Shown here piece by piece: positions 36,865 through 51,703 of a stretch of 64,000 nucleotides of DNA (positions are counted from its first letter, which is position 1; each line of letters begins with the position of its first letter). The DNA is from Auanema rhodensis (Eukaryota; Animalia; Nematoda): NCBI GenBank assembly GCA_964057225.1, contig OZ059899.1, positions 9,858,001 through 9,922,000 of the forward strand, written 5' to 3'. Position numbers and translations under genes: made by a program. The notes under the pieces were generated by a model. The model ran no database searches. It was not told the origin of the DNA and saw only the letters and a program-made list of their open reading frames with translations.

Positions 36865-38218
36865 TAAATTTTTTTCATTTCACTTGTCATTTATAAAAAT
36901 CGAATTTATCTTCTTCATCGATTATTTTTGCAATGTGTCATAAGAATTTCATAGTTGAACAAAACGTTTTTTAAGAAGTTTTTTTGTTGTCAACATATAT
37001 ATTTTCCTGGAATTCGAAAGCATTTGGGATGGAAATTAGAAAGAAAAGAACTAGTTTTTTCTACTTTAAAACAAACAATAAGAAATAAAATGAAAAAGAT
37101 TGTTAGATATCCAATTTAAACTTATACATTTACTTCGATAAAGAGCCTATTAGTTTGAAATTTTATGTCTTACAGTTCTCCAACAGAACAGACTGATCCT
37201 GATTTCTCTATGATTACATAAAACTCTCGTTTGATATACAAAAAGGAGAGGAATAACGTTTCCAGGATATCAATGATATCGAATCTAGTGATATTGTAGA
37301 AAAATGTAATGTCAGCTCCATAGTTTTTCTCTTAATTTCTCTCATCACAATAGTCTTAGTTTTTTTTCATGAGAGTTTCTGAAATCTTAGTTGAACAAGG
37401 CAGTATATATTTTTTTCTGGAATTCGAAAGCATTTAGGATGGAAATTAGAAAGAAAAGAACTAGTTTTTCCTACTTTAAAACAAACAATAAGAAATAAAA
37501 TGAAAAAGATTGTTAGATATCCAATTTAAACTTATACATTTACTTCGATAAAGAGCCTATTAGTTTGAAATTTTATGTCTTACAGTTCTCCAACAGAACA
37601 GACTGATCCTGATTTCTCTATGATTACATAAAACTCTCGTTTGATATACAAAAAGGAGAGAAATAACGTTTCCAGGATATCAATGATATCGAATCTAGTG
37701 ATATTGTAGAAAAATGTAATGTCAGCTCCATAGTTTTTCTCTTAATTTCTCTCATCACAATAGTCTTAGTTTTTTTTCATGAGAGTTTCTGAAATCTTAG
37801 TTGAACAAGGCAGTATATATTTTTTTCTGGAATTCGAAAGCATTTAGGATGGAAATTAGAAAGAAAAGAACTAGTTTTTCCTACTTTAAAACAAACAATA
37901 AGAAATAAAATGAAAAAGATTGTTAGATATCCAATTTAAACTTATACATTTACTTCGATAAAGAGCCTATTAGTTTGAAATTTTATGTCTTACAGTTCTC
38001 CAACAGAACAGACTGATCCTGATTTCTCTATGATTACATAAAACTCTCGTTTGATATACAAAAAGGAGAGGAATAACGTTTCCAGGATATCAATGATATC
38101 GAATCTAGTGATATTGTAGAAAAATGTAATGTCAGCTCCATAGTTTTTCTCTTAATTTCTCTCATCACAATAGTCTTAGTTTTTTTTCATAAGAGTTTCT
38201 GAAATCTTAGTTGAACAA

Positions 38219-38291
38219 GGCCGCGTGGCGCAATGGATAACGCGTCTGCCTACGGAGCAGAAGATTGTAGGTTCGAATCCTGCCGTGGTCG
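38219..38291 (+). tRNA. tRNA-Arg(ACG)
   Basis: Same sequence as 1019-1091. Confidence 0.95.
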
Positions 38292-39645
38292 TAAATTTTT
38301 TTCATTTCACTTGTCATTTATAAAAATCGAATTTATCTTCTTCATCGATTATTTTTGCAATGTGTCATAAGAATTTCATAGTTGAACAAAACGTTTTTTA
38401 AGAAGTTTTTTTGTTGTCAACATATATATTTTCCTGGAATTCGAAAGCATTTGGGATGGAAATTAGAAAGAAAAGAACTAGTTTTTTCTACTTTAAAACA
38501 AACAATAAGAAATAAAATGAAAAAGATTGTTAGATATCCAGCTTAAACTTATACATTTACTTCGATAAAGAGCCTATTAGTTTGAAATTTTATGTCTTAC
38601 AGTTCTCCAACAGAACAGACTGATCCTGATTTCTCTATGATTACATAAAACTCTCGTTTGATATACAAAAAGGAGAGGAATAACGTTTCCAGGATATCAA
38701 TGATATCGAATCTAGTGATATTGTAGAAAAATGTAATGTCAGCTCCATAGTTTTTCTCTTAATTTCTCTCATCACAATAGTCTTAGTTTTTTTTCATGAG
38801 AGTTTCTGAAATCTTAGTTGAACAAGGCAGTATATATTTTTTTCTGGAATTCGAAAGCATTTAGGATGGAAATTAGAAAGAAAAGAACTAGTTTTTCCTA
38901 CTTTAAAACAAACAATAAGAAATAAAATGAAAAAGATTGTTAGATATCCAATTTAAACTTATACATTTACTTCGATAAAGAGCCTATTAGTTTGAAATTT
39001 TATGTCTTACAGTTCTCCAACAGAACAGACTGATCCTGATTTCTCTATGATTACATAAAACTCTCGTTTGATATACAAAAAGGAGAGAAATAACGTTTCC
39101 AGGATATCAATGATATCGAATCTAGTGATATTGTAGAAAAATGTAATGTCAGCTCCATAGTTTTTCTCTTAATTTCTCTCATCACAATAGTCTTAGTTTT
39201 TTTTCATGAGAGTTTCTGAAATCTTAGTTGAACAAGGCAGTATATATTTTTTTCTGGAATTCGAAAGCATTTAGGATGGAAATTAGAAAGAAAAGAACTA
39301 GTTTTTCCTACTTTAAAACAAACAATAAGAAATAAAATGAAAAAGATTGTTAGATATCCAATTTAAACTTATACATTTACTTCGATAAAGAGCCTATTAG
39401 TTTGAAATTTTATGTCTTACAGTTCTCCAACAGAACAGACTGATCCTGATTTCTCTATGATTACATAAAACTCTCGTTTGATATACAAAAAGGAGAGGAA
39501 TAACGTTTCCAGGATATCAATGATATCGAATCTAGTGATATTGTAGAAAAATGTAATGTCAGCTCCATAGTTTTTCTCTTAATTTCTCTCATCACAATAG
39601 TCTTAGTTTTTTTTCATAAGAGTTTCTGAAATCTTAGTTGAACAA

Positions 39646-39718
39646 GGCCGCGTGGCGCAATGGATAACGCGTCTGCCTACGGAGCAGAAGATTGTAGGTT
39701 CGAATCCTGCCGTGGTCG
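39646..39718 (+). tRNA. tRNA-Arg(ACG)
   Basis: Same sequence as 1019-1091. Confidence 0.95.
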
Positions 39719-41072
39719 TAAATTTTTTTCATTTCACTTGTCATTTATAAAAATCGAATTTATCTTCTTCATCGATTATTTTTGCAATGTGTCATAAGAA
39801 TTTCATAGTTGAACAAAACGTTTTTTAAGAAGTTTTTTTGTTGTCAACATATATATTTTCCTGGAATTCGAAAGCATTTGGGATGGAAATTAGAAAGAAA
39901 AGAACTAGTTTTTTCTACTTTAAAACAAACAATAAGAAATAAAATGAAAAAGATTGTTAGATATCCAATTTAAACTTATACATTTACTTCGATAAAGAGC
40001 CTATTAGTTTGAAATTTTATGTCTTACAGTTCTCCAACAGAACAGACTGATCCTGATTTCTCTATGATTACATAAAACTCTCGTTTGATATACAAAAAGG
40101 AGAGGAATAACGTTTCCAGGATATCAATGATATCGAATCTAGTGATATTGTAGAAAAATGTAATGTCAGCTCCATAGTTTTTCTCTTAATTTCTCTCATC
40201 ACAATAGTCTTAGTTTTTTTTCATGAGAGTTTCTGAAATCTTAGTTGAACAAGGCAGTATATATTTTTTTCTGGAATTCGAAAGCATTTAGGATGGAAAT
40301 TAGAAAGAAAAGAACTAGTTTTTCCTACTTTAAAACAAACAATAAGAAATAAAATGAAAGAGATTGTTAGATATCCAATTTAAACTTATACATTTACTTC
40401 GATAAAGAGCCTATTAGTTTGAAATTTTATGTCTTACAGTTCTCCAACAGAACAGACTGATCCTGATTTCTCTATGATTACATAAAACTCTCGTTTGATA
40501 TACAAAAAGGAGAGAAATAACGTTTCCAGGATATCAATGATATCGAATCTAGTGATATTGTAGAAAAATGTAATGTCAGCTCCATAGTTTTTCTCTTAAT
40601 TTCTCTCATCACAATAGTCTTAGTTTTTTTTCATGAGAGTTTCTGAAATCTTAGTTGAACAAGGCAGTATATATTTTTTTCTGGAATTCGAAAGCATTTA
40701 GGATGGAAATTAGAAAGAAAAGAACTAGTTTTTCCTACTTTAAAACAAACAATAAGAAATAAAATGAAAAAGATTGTTAGATATCCAATTTAAACTTATA
40801 CATTTACTTCGATAAAGAGCCTATTAGTTTGAAATTTTATGTCTTACAGTTCTCCAACAGAACAGACTGATCCTGATTTCTCTATGATTACATAAAACTC
40901 TCGTTTGATATACAAAAAGGAGAGGAATAACGTTTCCAGGATATCAATGATATCGAATCTAGTGATATTGTAGAAAAATGTAATGTCAGCTCCATAGTTT
41001 TTCTCTTAATTTCTCTCATCACAATAGTCTTAGTTTTTTTTCATAAGAGTTTCTGAAATCTTAGTTGAACAA

Positions 41073-41145
41073 GGCCGCGTGGCGCAATGGATAACGCGTC
41101 TGCCTACGGAGCAGAAGATTGTAGGTTCGAATCCTGCCGTGGTCG
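41073..41145 (+). tRNA. tRNA-Arg(ACG)
   Basis: Same sequence as 1019-1091. Confidence 0.95.
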
Positions 41146-42417
41146 TAAATTTTTTTCATTTCACTTGTCATTTATAAAAATCGAATTTATCTTCTTCATC
41201 GATTATTTTTGCAATGTGTCATAAGAATTTCATAGTTGAACAAAACGTTTTTTAAGAAGTTTTTTTGTTGTCAACATATATATTTTCCTGGAATTCGAAA
41301 GCATTTGGGATGGAAATTAGAAAGAAAAGAACTAGTTTTTTCTACTTTAAAACAAACAATAAGAAATAAAATGAAAAAGATTGTTAGATATCCAATTTAA
41401 ACTTATACATTTACTTCGATAAAGAGCCTATTAGTTTGAAATTTTATGTCTTACAGTTCTCCAACAGAACAGACTGATCCTGATTTCTCTATGATTACAT
41501 AAAACTCTCGTTTGATATACAAAATAGAGAGGAATAACGTTTCCAGGATATCAATGATATCGAATCTAGTGATATTGTAGAAAAATGTAATGTCAGCTCC
41601 AAAGTTTTTCTCTTAATTTCTCTCATCACAATAGTCTTAGTTTTTTTTCATAAGAGTTTCTGAAATCTTAGTTGAACAAGGCAGTATATATTTTTTTCTG
41701 GAATTCGAAAGCATTTGGGATGGAAATTAGAAAGAAAAGAACTAGTTTTTCCTACTTTAAAACAAACAATAAGAAATAAAATGAAAAAGATTGTTAGATA
41801 TCCAATTTAAACTTATACATTTACTTCGATAAAGAGCCTATTAGTTTGAAATTTTATGTCTTACAGTTCTCCAACAGAACAGACTGATCCTGATTTCTCT
41901 ATGATTACATAAAACTCTCGTTTGATATACAAAAAGGAGAGAAATAACGTTTCCAGGATATCAATGATATCGAATCTAGTGATATTGTAGAAAAATGTAA
42001 TGTCAGCTCCATAGTTTTTCTCTTAATTTCTCTCATCACAATAGTCTTAGTTTTTTTTCATGAGAGTTTCTGAAATCTTAGTTGAACAAGGCAGTATATA
42101 TTTTTTTCTGGAATTCGAAAGCATTTAGGATGGAAATTAGAAAGAAAAGAACTAGTTTTTCCTACTTTAAAACAAACAATAAGAAATAAAATGAAAAAGA
42201 TTGTTAGATATCCAATTTAAACTTATACATTTACTTCGATAAAGAGCCTATTAGTTTGAAATTTTATGTCTTACAGTTCTCCAACAGAACAGACTGATCC
42301 TGATTTCTCTATGATTACATAAAACTCTCGTTTGATATACAAAAAGGAGAGGAATAACGTTTCCAGGATATCAATGATATCGAATCTAGTGATATTGTAG
42401 AAAAATGTAATGTCAGC

Positions 42418-43620
42418 CGTTCCATGGTGGTTCCCCAGGGTTCCGGCTGGGTAACCACATGGAATTACTTTCTTTTCTTCCAAATATAAATGATAAAGAG
42501 TATAGAGAGAAAGGTTTATTCATGATAAAGTATACAAATCACAATAATAAAAGTTACATAATGATTCCTAGTCGCAGCCCAAAGGACTCGTAAGGAAACC
42601 TTATATAGTATTCCTTACGAGCATAAAAAGTGGTTATATCAGGTACGCGGAACTTGGTTCCGCTTGAATTGGGCTTTCTTTAATTAAACTTAATATGAAA
42701 AAGTGTTCGTTCATTGTTGCATTGAATTCCTGTTTCTCAAATGTATTTTGATTAAAAAAAACAGAAAAAGAAAAGATTGACAGAAAAAAAAAATATCGAA
42801 ATACCTTTCTTTAAATGAATAAATATAAAAGAATTTCAAATTATTTTATGATAGTTATAAACAAAGTTTTTCCTCAAAAATGAATGAAAGATCTTAGAAT
42901 ATGGATAAAAATCGAAATGTTTCTTTTAAATGAGTGAATATAAAATTTCAAAATTAAGTTGTTTCAAAATATATCTTTTTAAATAAATGTATATAAGATT
43001 TCAGTATTAATTTATGAATCAAAATCAAAATAAAGTTCTTTGAATGAATGAAATAAAGAAGAGAAAGATTTCAAATTAAATTCATATAGCATAATCGAAA
43101 TATAATTCTTTAATTAGATGTATGAAAGACAACAAAATCAAATTTATGTAGCGAAATATGGTTCTTAGAGATTCGTCGGTTATAGACGAATCTCGGTGGA
43201 ACCTCCACGTTCCATGGTGGTTCCCCAGGGTTCCGGCTGGGTAACCACATGGAATTACTTTCTTTTCTTCCAAATATAAATGATAAAGAGTATAGAGAGA
43301 AAGGTTTATTCATGATAAAGTATACAAATCACAATAATAAAAGTTACATAATGATTCCTAGTCGCAGCCCAAAGGACTCGTAAGGAAACCTTATATAGTA
43401 TTCCTTACGAGCATAAAAAGTGGTTATATCAGGTACGCGGAACTTGGTTCCGCTTGAATTGGGCTTTCTTTAATTAAACTTAATATGAAAAAGTGTTCGT
43501 TCATTGTTGCATTGAATTCCTGTTTCTCAAATGTAGCGTCAGCTATTTGTTTTTATAATGTTCCGTTTTATAAGCGATTGACGTTGTCAATCGCTCTACT
43601 TATAGGACACGTATGGAACA
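42418..43620 (-). mobile_element. Non-autonomous LTR retrotransposon, copy 2 (1203 bp)
   Basis: Same structure, site and CAGC TSD as copy 1; 3' LTR 42418-42745, PBS 43189-43207, 5' LTR 43208-43620. Confidence 0.9.
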
Positions 43621-43706
43621 CAGCTCCATAGTTTTTCTCTTAATTTCTCTCATCACAATAGTCTTAGTTTTTTTTCATAAGAGTTTCTGAAATCTTAGTT
43701 GAACAA

Positions 43707-43779
43707 GGCCGCGTGGCGCAATGGATAACGCGTCTGCCTACGGAGCAGAAGATTGTAGGTTCGAATCCTGCCGTGGTCG
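43707..43779 (+). tRNA. tRNA-Arg(ACG)
   Basis: Same sequence; 86 bp from copy 2. Confidence 0.95.
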
Positions 43780-44723
43780 TAAATTTTTTTCATTTCACTT
43801 GTCATTTATAAAAATCGAATTTATCTTCTTCATCGATTATTTTTGCAATGTGTCATAAGAATTTCATAGTTGAACAAAACGTTTTTTAAGAAGTTTTTTT
43901 GTTGTCAACATATATATTTTCCTGGAATTCGAAAGCATTTGGGATGGAAATTAGAAAGAAAAGAACTAGTTTTTTCTACTTTAAAACAAACAATAAGAAA
44001 TAAAATGAAAAAGATTGTTAGATATCCAATTTAAACTTATACATTTACTTCGATAAAGAGCCTATTAGTTTGAAATTTTATGTCTTACAGTTCTCCAACA
44101 GAACAGACTGATCCTGATTTCTCTATGATTACATAAAACTCTCGTTTGATATACAAAATAGAGAGGAATAACGTTTCCAGGATATCAATGATATCGAATC
44201 TAGTGATATTGTAGAAAAATGTAATGTCAGCTCCAAAGTTTTTCTCTTAATTTCTCTCATCACAATAGTCTTAGTTTTTTTTCATAAGAGTTTCTGAAAT
44301 CTTAGTTGAACAAGGCAGTATATATTTTTTTCTGGAATTCGAAAGCATTTGGGATGGAAATTAGAAAGAAAAGAACTAGTTTTTCGTACTTTAAAACAAA
44401 CAATAAGAAATAAAATGAAAAAGATTGTTAGATATCCAATTTAAACTTATACATTTACTTCGATAAAGAGCCTATTAGTTTGAAATTTTATGTCTTACAG
44501 TTCTCCAACAGAACAGACTGATCCTGATTTCTCTATGATTACATAAAACTCTCGTTTGATATACAAAAAGGAGAGGAATAACGTTTCCAGGATATCAATG
44601 ATATCGAATCTAGTGATATTGTAGAAAAATGTAATGTCAGCTCCATAGTTTTTCTCTTAATTTCTCTCATCACAATAGTCTTAGTTTTTTTTCATAAGAG
44701 TTTCTGAAATCTTAGTTGAACAA

Positions 44724-44796
44724 GGCCGCGTGGCGCAATGGATAACGCGTCTGCCTACGGAGCAGAAGATTGTAGGTTCGAATCCTGCCGTGGTCG
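44724..44796 (+). tRNA. tRNA-Arg(ACG)
   Basis: Same sequence as 1019-1091. Confidence 0.95.
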
Positions 44797-46068
44797 TAAA
44801 TTTTTTTCATTTCACTTGTCATTTATAAAAATCGAATTTATCTTCTTCATCGATTATTTTTGCAATGTGTCATAAGAATTTCATAGTTGAACAAAACGTT
44901 TTTTAAGAAGTTTTTTTGTTGTCAACATATATATTTTCCTGGAATTCGAAAGCATTTGGGATGGAAATTAGAAAGAAAAGAACTAGTTTTTTCTACTTTA
45001 AAACAAACAATAAGAAATAAAATGAAAAAGATTGTTAGATATCCAATTTAAACTTATACATTTACTTCGATAAAGAGCCTATTAGTTTGAAATTTTATGT
45101 CTTACAGTTCTCCAACAGAACAGACTGATCCTGATTTCTCTATGATTACATAAAACTCTCGTTTGATATACAAAATAGAGAGGAATAACGTTTCCAGGAT
45201 ATCAATGATATCGAATCTAGTGATATTGTAGAAAAATGTAATGTCAGCTCCAAAGTTTTTCTCTTAATTTCTCTCATCACAATAGTCTTAGTTTTTTTTC
45301 ATAAGAGTTTCTGAAATCTTAGTTGAACAAGGCAGTATATATTTTTTTCTGGAATTCGAAAGCATTTGGGATGGAAATTAGAAAGAAAAGAACTAGTTTT
45401 TCCTACTTTAAAACAAACAATAAGAAATAAAATGAAAAAGATTGTTAGATATCCAATTTAAACTTATACATTTACTTCGATAAAGAGCCTATTAGTTTGA
45501 AATTTTATGTCTTACAGTTCTCCAACAGAACAGACTGATCCTGATTTCTCTATGATTACATAAAACTCTCGTTTGATATACAAAAAGGAGAGAAATAACG
45601 TTTCCAGGATATCAATGATATCGAATCTAGTGATATTGTAGAAAAATGTAATGTCAGCTCCATAGTTTTTCTCTTAATTTCTCTCATCACAATAGTCTTA
45701 GTTTTTTTTCATGAGAGTTTCTGAAATCTTAGTTGAACAAGGCAGTATATATTTTTTTCTGGAATTCGAAAGCATTTAGGATGGAAATTAGAAAGAAAAG
45801 AACTAGTTTTTCCTACTTTAAAACAAACAATAAGAAATAAAATGAAAAAGATTGTTAGATATCCAATTTAAACTTATACATTTACTTCGATAAAGAGCCT
45901 ATTAGTTTGAAATTTTATGTCTTACAGTTCTCCAACAGAACAGACTGATCCTGATTTCTCTATGATTACATAAAACTCTCGTTTGATATACAAAAAGGAG
46001 AGGAATAACGTTTCCAGGATATCAATGATATCGAATCTAGTGATATTGTAGAAAAATGTAATGTCAGC

Positions 46069-47271
46069 CGTTCCATGGTGGTTCCCCAGGGTTCCGGCTG
46101 GGTAACCACATGGAATTACTTTCTTTTCTTCCAAATATAAATGATAAAGAGTATAGAGAGAAAGGTTTATTCATGATAAAGTATACAAATCACAATAATA
46201 AAAGTTACATAATGATTCCTAGTCGCAGCCCAAAGGACTCGTAAGGAAACCTTATATAGTATTCCTTACGAGCATAAAAAGTGGTTATATCAGGTACGCG
46301 GAACTTGGTTCCGCTTGAATTGGGCTTTCTTTAATTAAACTTAATATGAAAAAGTGTTCGTTCATTGTTGCATTGAATTCCTGTTTCTCAAATGTATTTT
46401 GATTAAAAAAAACAGAAAAAGAAAAGATTGACAGAAAAAAAAAATATCGAAATACCTTTCTTTAAATGAATAAATATAAAAGAATTTCGAATTATTTTAT
46501 GATAGTTATAAACAAAGTTTTTCCTCAAAAATGAATGAAAGATCTTAGAATATGGATAAAAATCGAAATGTTTCTTTTAAATGAGTGAATATAAAATTTC
46601 AAAATTAAGTTGTTTCAAAATATATCTTTTTAAATAAATGTATATAAGATTTCAGTATTAATTTATGAATCAAAATCAAAATAAAGTTCTTTGAATGAAT
46701 GAAATAAAGAAGAGAAAGATTTCAAATTAAATTCATATAGCATAATCGAAATATAATTCTTTAATTAGATGTATGAAAGACAACAAAATCAAATTTATGT
46801 AGCGAAATATGGTTCTTAGAGATTCGTCGGTTATAGACGAATCTCGGTGGAACCTCCACGTTCCATGGTGGTTCCCCAGGGTTCCGGCTGGGTAACCACA
46901 TGGAATTACTTTCTTTTCTTCCAAATATAAATGATAAAGAGTATAGAGAGAAAGGTTTATTCATGATAAAGTATACAAATCACAATAATAAAAGTTACAT
47001 AATGATTCCTAGTCGCAGCCCAAAGGACTCGTAAGGAAACCTTATATAGTATTCCTTACGAGCATAAAAAGTGGTTATATCAGGTACGCGGAACTTGGTT
47101 CCGCTTGAATTGGGCTTTCTTTAATTAAACTTAATATGAAAAAGTGTTCGTTCATTGTTGCATTGAATTCCTGTTTCTCAAATGTAGCGTCAGCTATTTG
47201 TTTTTATAATGTTCCGTTTTATAAGCGATTGACGTTGTCAATCGCTCTACTTATAGGACACGTATGGAACA
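46069..47271 (-). mobile_element. Non-autonomous LTR retrotransposon, copy 3 (1203 bp)
   Basis: Same structure; private A>G at 46489; 3' LTR 46069-46396, PBS 46840-46858, 5' LTR 46859-47271. Confidence 0.9.
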
Positions 47272-47357
47272 CAGCTCCATAGTTTTTCTCTTAATTTCTC
47301 TCATCACAATAGTCTTAGTTTTTTTTCATAAGAGTTTCTGAAATCTTAGTTGAACAA

Positions 47358-47430
47358 GGCCGCGTGGCGCAATGGATAACGCGTCTGCCTACGGAGCAGA
47401 AGATTGTAGGTTCGAATCCTGCCGTGGTCG
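47358..47430 (+). tRNA. tRNA-Arg(ACG)
   Basis: Same sequence; 86 bp from copy 3. Confidence 0.95.
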
Positions 47431-50342
47431 TAAATTTTTTTCATTTCACTTGTCATTTATAAAAATCGAATTTATCTTCTTCATCGATTATTTTTGCAAT
47501 GTGTCATAAGAATTTCATAGTTGAACAAAACGTTTTTTAAGAAGTTTTTTTGTTGTCAACATATATATTTTCCTGGAATTCGAAAGCATTTGGGATGGAA
47601 ATTAGAAAGAAAAGAACTAGTTTTTTCTACTTTAAAACAAACAATAAGAAATAAAATGAAAAAGATTGTTAGATATCCAATTTAAACTTATACATTTACT
47701 TCGATAAAGAGCCTATTAGTTTGAAATTTTATGTCTTACAGTTCTCCAACAGAACAGACTGATCCTGATTTCTCTATGATTACATAAAACTCTCGTTTGA
47801 TATACAAAATAGAGAGGAATAACGTTTCCAGGATATCAATGATATCGAATCTAGTGATATTGTAGAAAAATGTAATGTCAGCTCCAAAGTTTTTCTCTTA
47901 ATTTCTCTCATCACAATAGTCTTAGTTTTTTTTCATAAGAGTTTCTGAAATCTTAGTTGAACAAGGCAGTATATATTTTTTTCTGGAATTCGAAAGCATT
48001 TGGGATGGAAATTAGAAAGAAAAGAACTAGTTTTTCCTACTTTAAAACAAACAATAAGAAATAAAATGAAAAAGATTGTTAGATATCCAATTTAAACTTA
48101 TACATTTACTTCGATAAAGAGCCTATTAGTTTGAAATTTTATGTCTTACAGTTCTCCAACAGAACAGACTGATCCTGATTTCTCTATGATTACATAAAAC
48201 TCTCGTTTGATATACAAAAAGGAGAGGAATAACGTTTCCAGGATATCAATGATATCGAATCTAGTGATATTGTAGAAAAATGTAATGTCAGCTCCATAGT
48301 TTTTCTCTTAATTTCTCTCATCACAATAGTCTTAGTTTTTTTTCATGAGAGTTTCTGAAATCTTAGTTGAACAAGGCAGTATATATTTTTTTCTGGAATT
48401 CGAAAGCATTTAGGATGGAAATTAGAAAGAAAAGAACTAGTTTTTCCTACTTTAAAACAAACAATAAGAAATAAAATGAAAAAGATTGTTAGATATCCAA
48501 TTTAAACTTATACATTTACTTCGATAAAGAGCCTATTAGTTTGAAATTTTATGTCTTACAGTTCTCCAACAGAACAGACTGATCCTGATTTCTCTATGAT
48601 TACATAAAACTCTCGTTTGATATACAAAAAGGAGAGAAATAACGTTTCCAGGATATCAATGATATCGAATCTAGTGATATTGTAGAAAAATGTAATGTCA
48701 GCTCCATAGTTTTTCTCTTAATTTCTCTCATCACAATAGTCTTAGTTTTTTTTCATGAGAGTTTCTGAAATCTTAGTTGAACAAGGCAGTATATATTTTT
48801 TTCTGGAATTCGAAAGCATTTAGGATGGAAATTAGAAAGAAAAGAACTAGTTTTTCCTACTTTAAAACAAACAATAAGAAATAAAATGAAAAAGATTGTT
48901 AGATATCCAATTTAAACTTATACATTTACTTCGATAAAGAGCCTATTAGTTTGAAATTTTATGTCTTACAGTTCTCCAACAGAACAGACTGATCCTGATT
49001 TCTCTATGATTACATAAAACTCTCGTTTGATATACAAAAAGGAGAGGAATAACGTTTCCAGGATATCAATGATATCGAATCTAGTGATATTGTAGAAAAA
49101 TGTAATGTCAGCTCCATAGTTTTTCTCTTAATTTCTCTCATCACAATAGTCTTAGTTTTTTTTCATAAGAGTTTCTGAAATCTTAGTTGAACAAGGCAGT
49201 ATATATTTTTTTCTGGAATTCGAAAGCATTTGGGATGGAAATTAGAAAGAAAAGAACTAGTTTTTCCTACTTTAAAACAAACAATAAGAAATAAAATGAA
49301 AAAGATTGTTAGATATCCAATTTAAACTTATACATTTACTTCGATAAAGAGCCTATTAGTTTGAAATTTTATGTCTTACAGTTCTCCAACAGAACAGACT
49401 GATCCTGATTTCTCTATGATTACATAAAACTCTCGTTTGATATACAAAATAGAGAGGAATAACGTTTCCAGGATATCAATGATATCGAATCTAGTGATAT
49501 TGTAGAAAAATGTGATGTCAGCTCCAAAGTTTTTCTCTTAATTTCTCTCATCACAATAGTCTTAGTTTTTTTTCATAAGAGTTTCTGAAATCTTAGTTGA
49601 ACAAGGCAGTATATATTTTTTTCTGGAATTCGAAAGCATTTGGGATGGAAATTAGAAAGAAAAGAACTAGTTTTTCCTACTTTAAAACAAACAATAAGAA
49701 ATAAAATGAAAAAGATTGTTAGATATCCAATTTAAACTTATACATTTACTTCGATAAAGAGCCTATTAGTTTGAAATTTTATGTCTTACAGTTCTCCAAC
49801 AGAACAGACTGATCCTGATTTCTCTATGATTACATAAAACTCTCGTTTGATATACAAAAAGGAGAGAAATAACGTTTCCAGGATATCAATGATATCGAAT
49901 CTAGTGATATTGTAGAAAAATGTAATGTCAGCTCCATAGTTTTTCTCTTAATTTCTCTCATCACAATAGTCTTAGTTTTTTTTCATGAGAGTTTCTGAAA
50001 TCTTAGTTGAACAAGGCAGTATATATTTTTTTCTGGAATTCGAAAGCATTTAGGATGGAAATTAGAAAGAAAAGAACTAGTTTTTCCTACTTTAAAACAA
50101 ACAATAAGAAATAAAATGAAAAAGATTGTTAGATATCCAATTTAAACTTATACATTTACTTCGATAAAGAGCCTATTAGTTTGAAATTTTATGTCTTACA
50201 GTTCTCCAACAGAACAGACTGATCCTGATTTCTCTATGATTACATAAAACTCTCGTTTGATATACAAAAAGGAGAGGAATAACGTTTCCAGGATATCAAT
50301 GATATCGAATCTAGTGATATTGTAGAAAAATGTAATGTCAGC

Positions 50343-51544
50343 CGTTCCATGGTGGTTCCCCAGGGTTCCGGCTGGGTAACCACATGGAATTACTTTCTTT
50401 TCTTCCAAATATAAATGATAAAGAGTATAGAGAGAAAGGTTTATTCATGATAAAGTATACAAATCACAATAATAAAAGTTACATAATGATTCCTAGTCGC
50501 AGCCCAAAGGACTCGTAAGGAAACCTTATATAGTATTCCTTACGAGCATAAAAAGTGGTTATATCAGGTACGCGGAACTTGGTTCCGCTTGAATTGGGCT
50601 TTCTTTAATTAAACTTAATATGAAAAAGTGTTCGTTCATTGTTGCATTGAATTCCTGTTTCTCAAATGTATTTTGATTAAAAAAAACAGAAAAAGAAAAG
50701 ATTGACAGAAAAAAAAATATCGAAATACCTTTCTTTAAATGAATAAATATAAAAGAATTTCAAATTATTTTATGATAGTTATAAACAAAGTTTTTCCTCA
50801 AAAATGAATGAAAGATCTTAGAATATGGATAAAAATCGAAATGTTTCTTTTAAATGAGTGAATATAAAATTTCAAAATTAAGTTGTTTCAAAATATATCT
50901 TTTTAAATAAATGTATATAAGATTTCAGTATTAATTTATGAATCAAAATCAAAATAAAGTTCTTTGAATGAATGAAATAAAGAAGAGAAAGATTTCAAAT
51001 TAAATTCATATAGCATAATCGAAATATAATTCTTTAATTAGATGTATGAAAGACAACAAAATCAAATTTATGTAGCGAAATATGGTTCTTAGAGATTCGT
51101 CGGTTATAGACGAATCTCGGTGGAACCTCCACGTTCCATGGTGGTTCCCCAGGGTTCCGGCTGGGTAACCACATGGAATTACTTTCTTTTCTTCCAAATA
51201 TAAATGATAAAGAGTATAGAGAGAAAGGTTTATTCATGATAAAGTATACAAATCACAATAATAAAAGTTACATAATGATTCCTAGTCGCAGCCCAAAGGA
51301 CTCGTAAGGAAACCTTATATAGTATTCCTTACGAGCATAAAAAGTGGTTATATCAGGTACGCGGAACTTGGTTCCGCTTGAATTGGGCTTTCTTTAATTA
51401 AACTTAATATGAAAAAGTGTTCGTTCATTGTTGCATTGAATTCCTGTTTCTCAAATGTAGCGTCAGCTATTTGTTTTTATAATGTTCCGTTTTATAAGCG
51501 ATTGACGTTGTCAATCGCTCTACTTATAGGACACGTATGGAACA
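50343..51544 (-). mobile_element. Non-autonomous LTR retrotransposon, copy 4 (1202 bp)
   Basis: Same structure, one A fewer in a homopolymer; 3' LTR 50343-50670, PBS 51113-51131, 5' LTR 51132-51544. Confidence 0.9.
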
Positions 51545-51630
51545 CAGCTCCATAGTTTTTCTCTTAATTTCTCTCATCACAATAGTCTTAGTTTTTTTTC
51601 ATAAGAGTTTCTGAAATCTTAGTTGAACAA

Positions 51631-51703
51631 GGCCGCGTGGCGCAATGGATAACGCGTCTGCCTACGGAGCAGAAGATTGTAGGTTCGAATCCTGCCGTGG
51701 TCG
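51631..51703 (+). tRNA. tRNA-Arg(ACG)
   Basis: Same sequence; 86 bp from copy 4. Confidence 0.95.
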
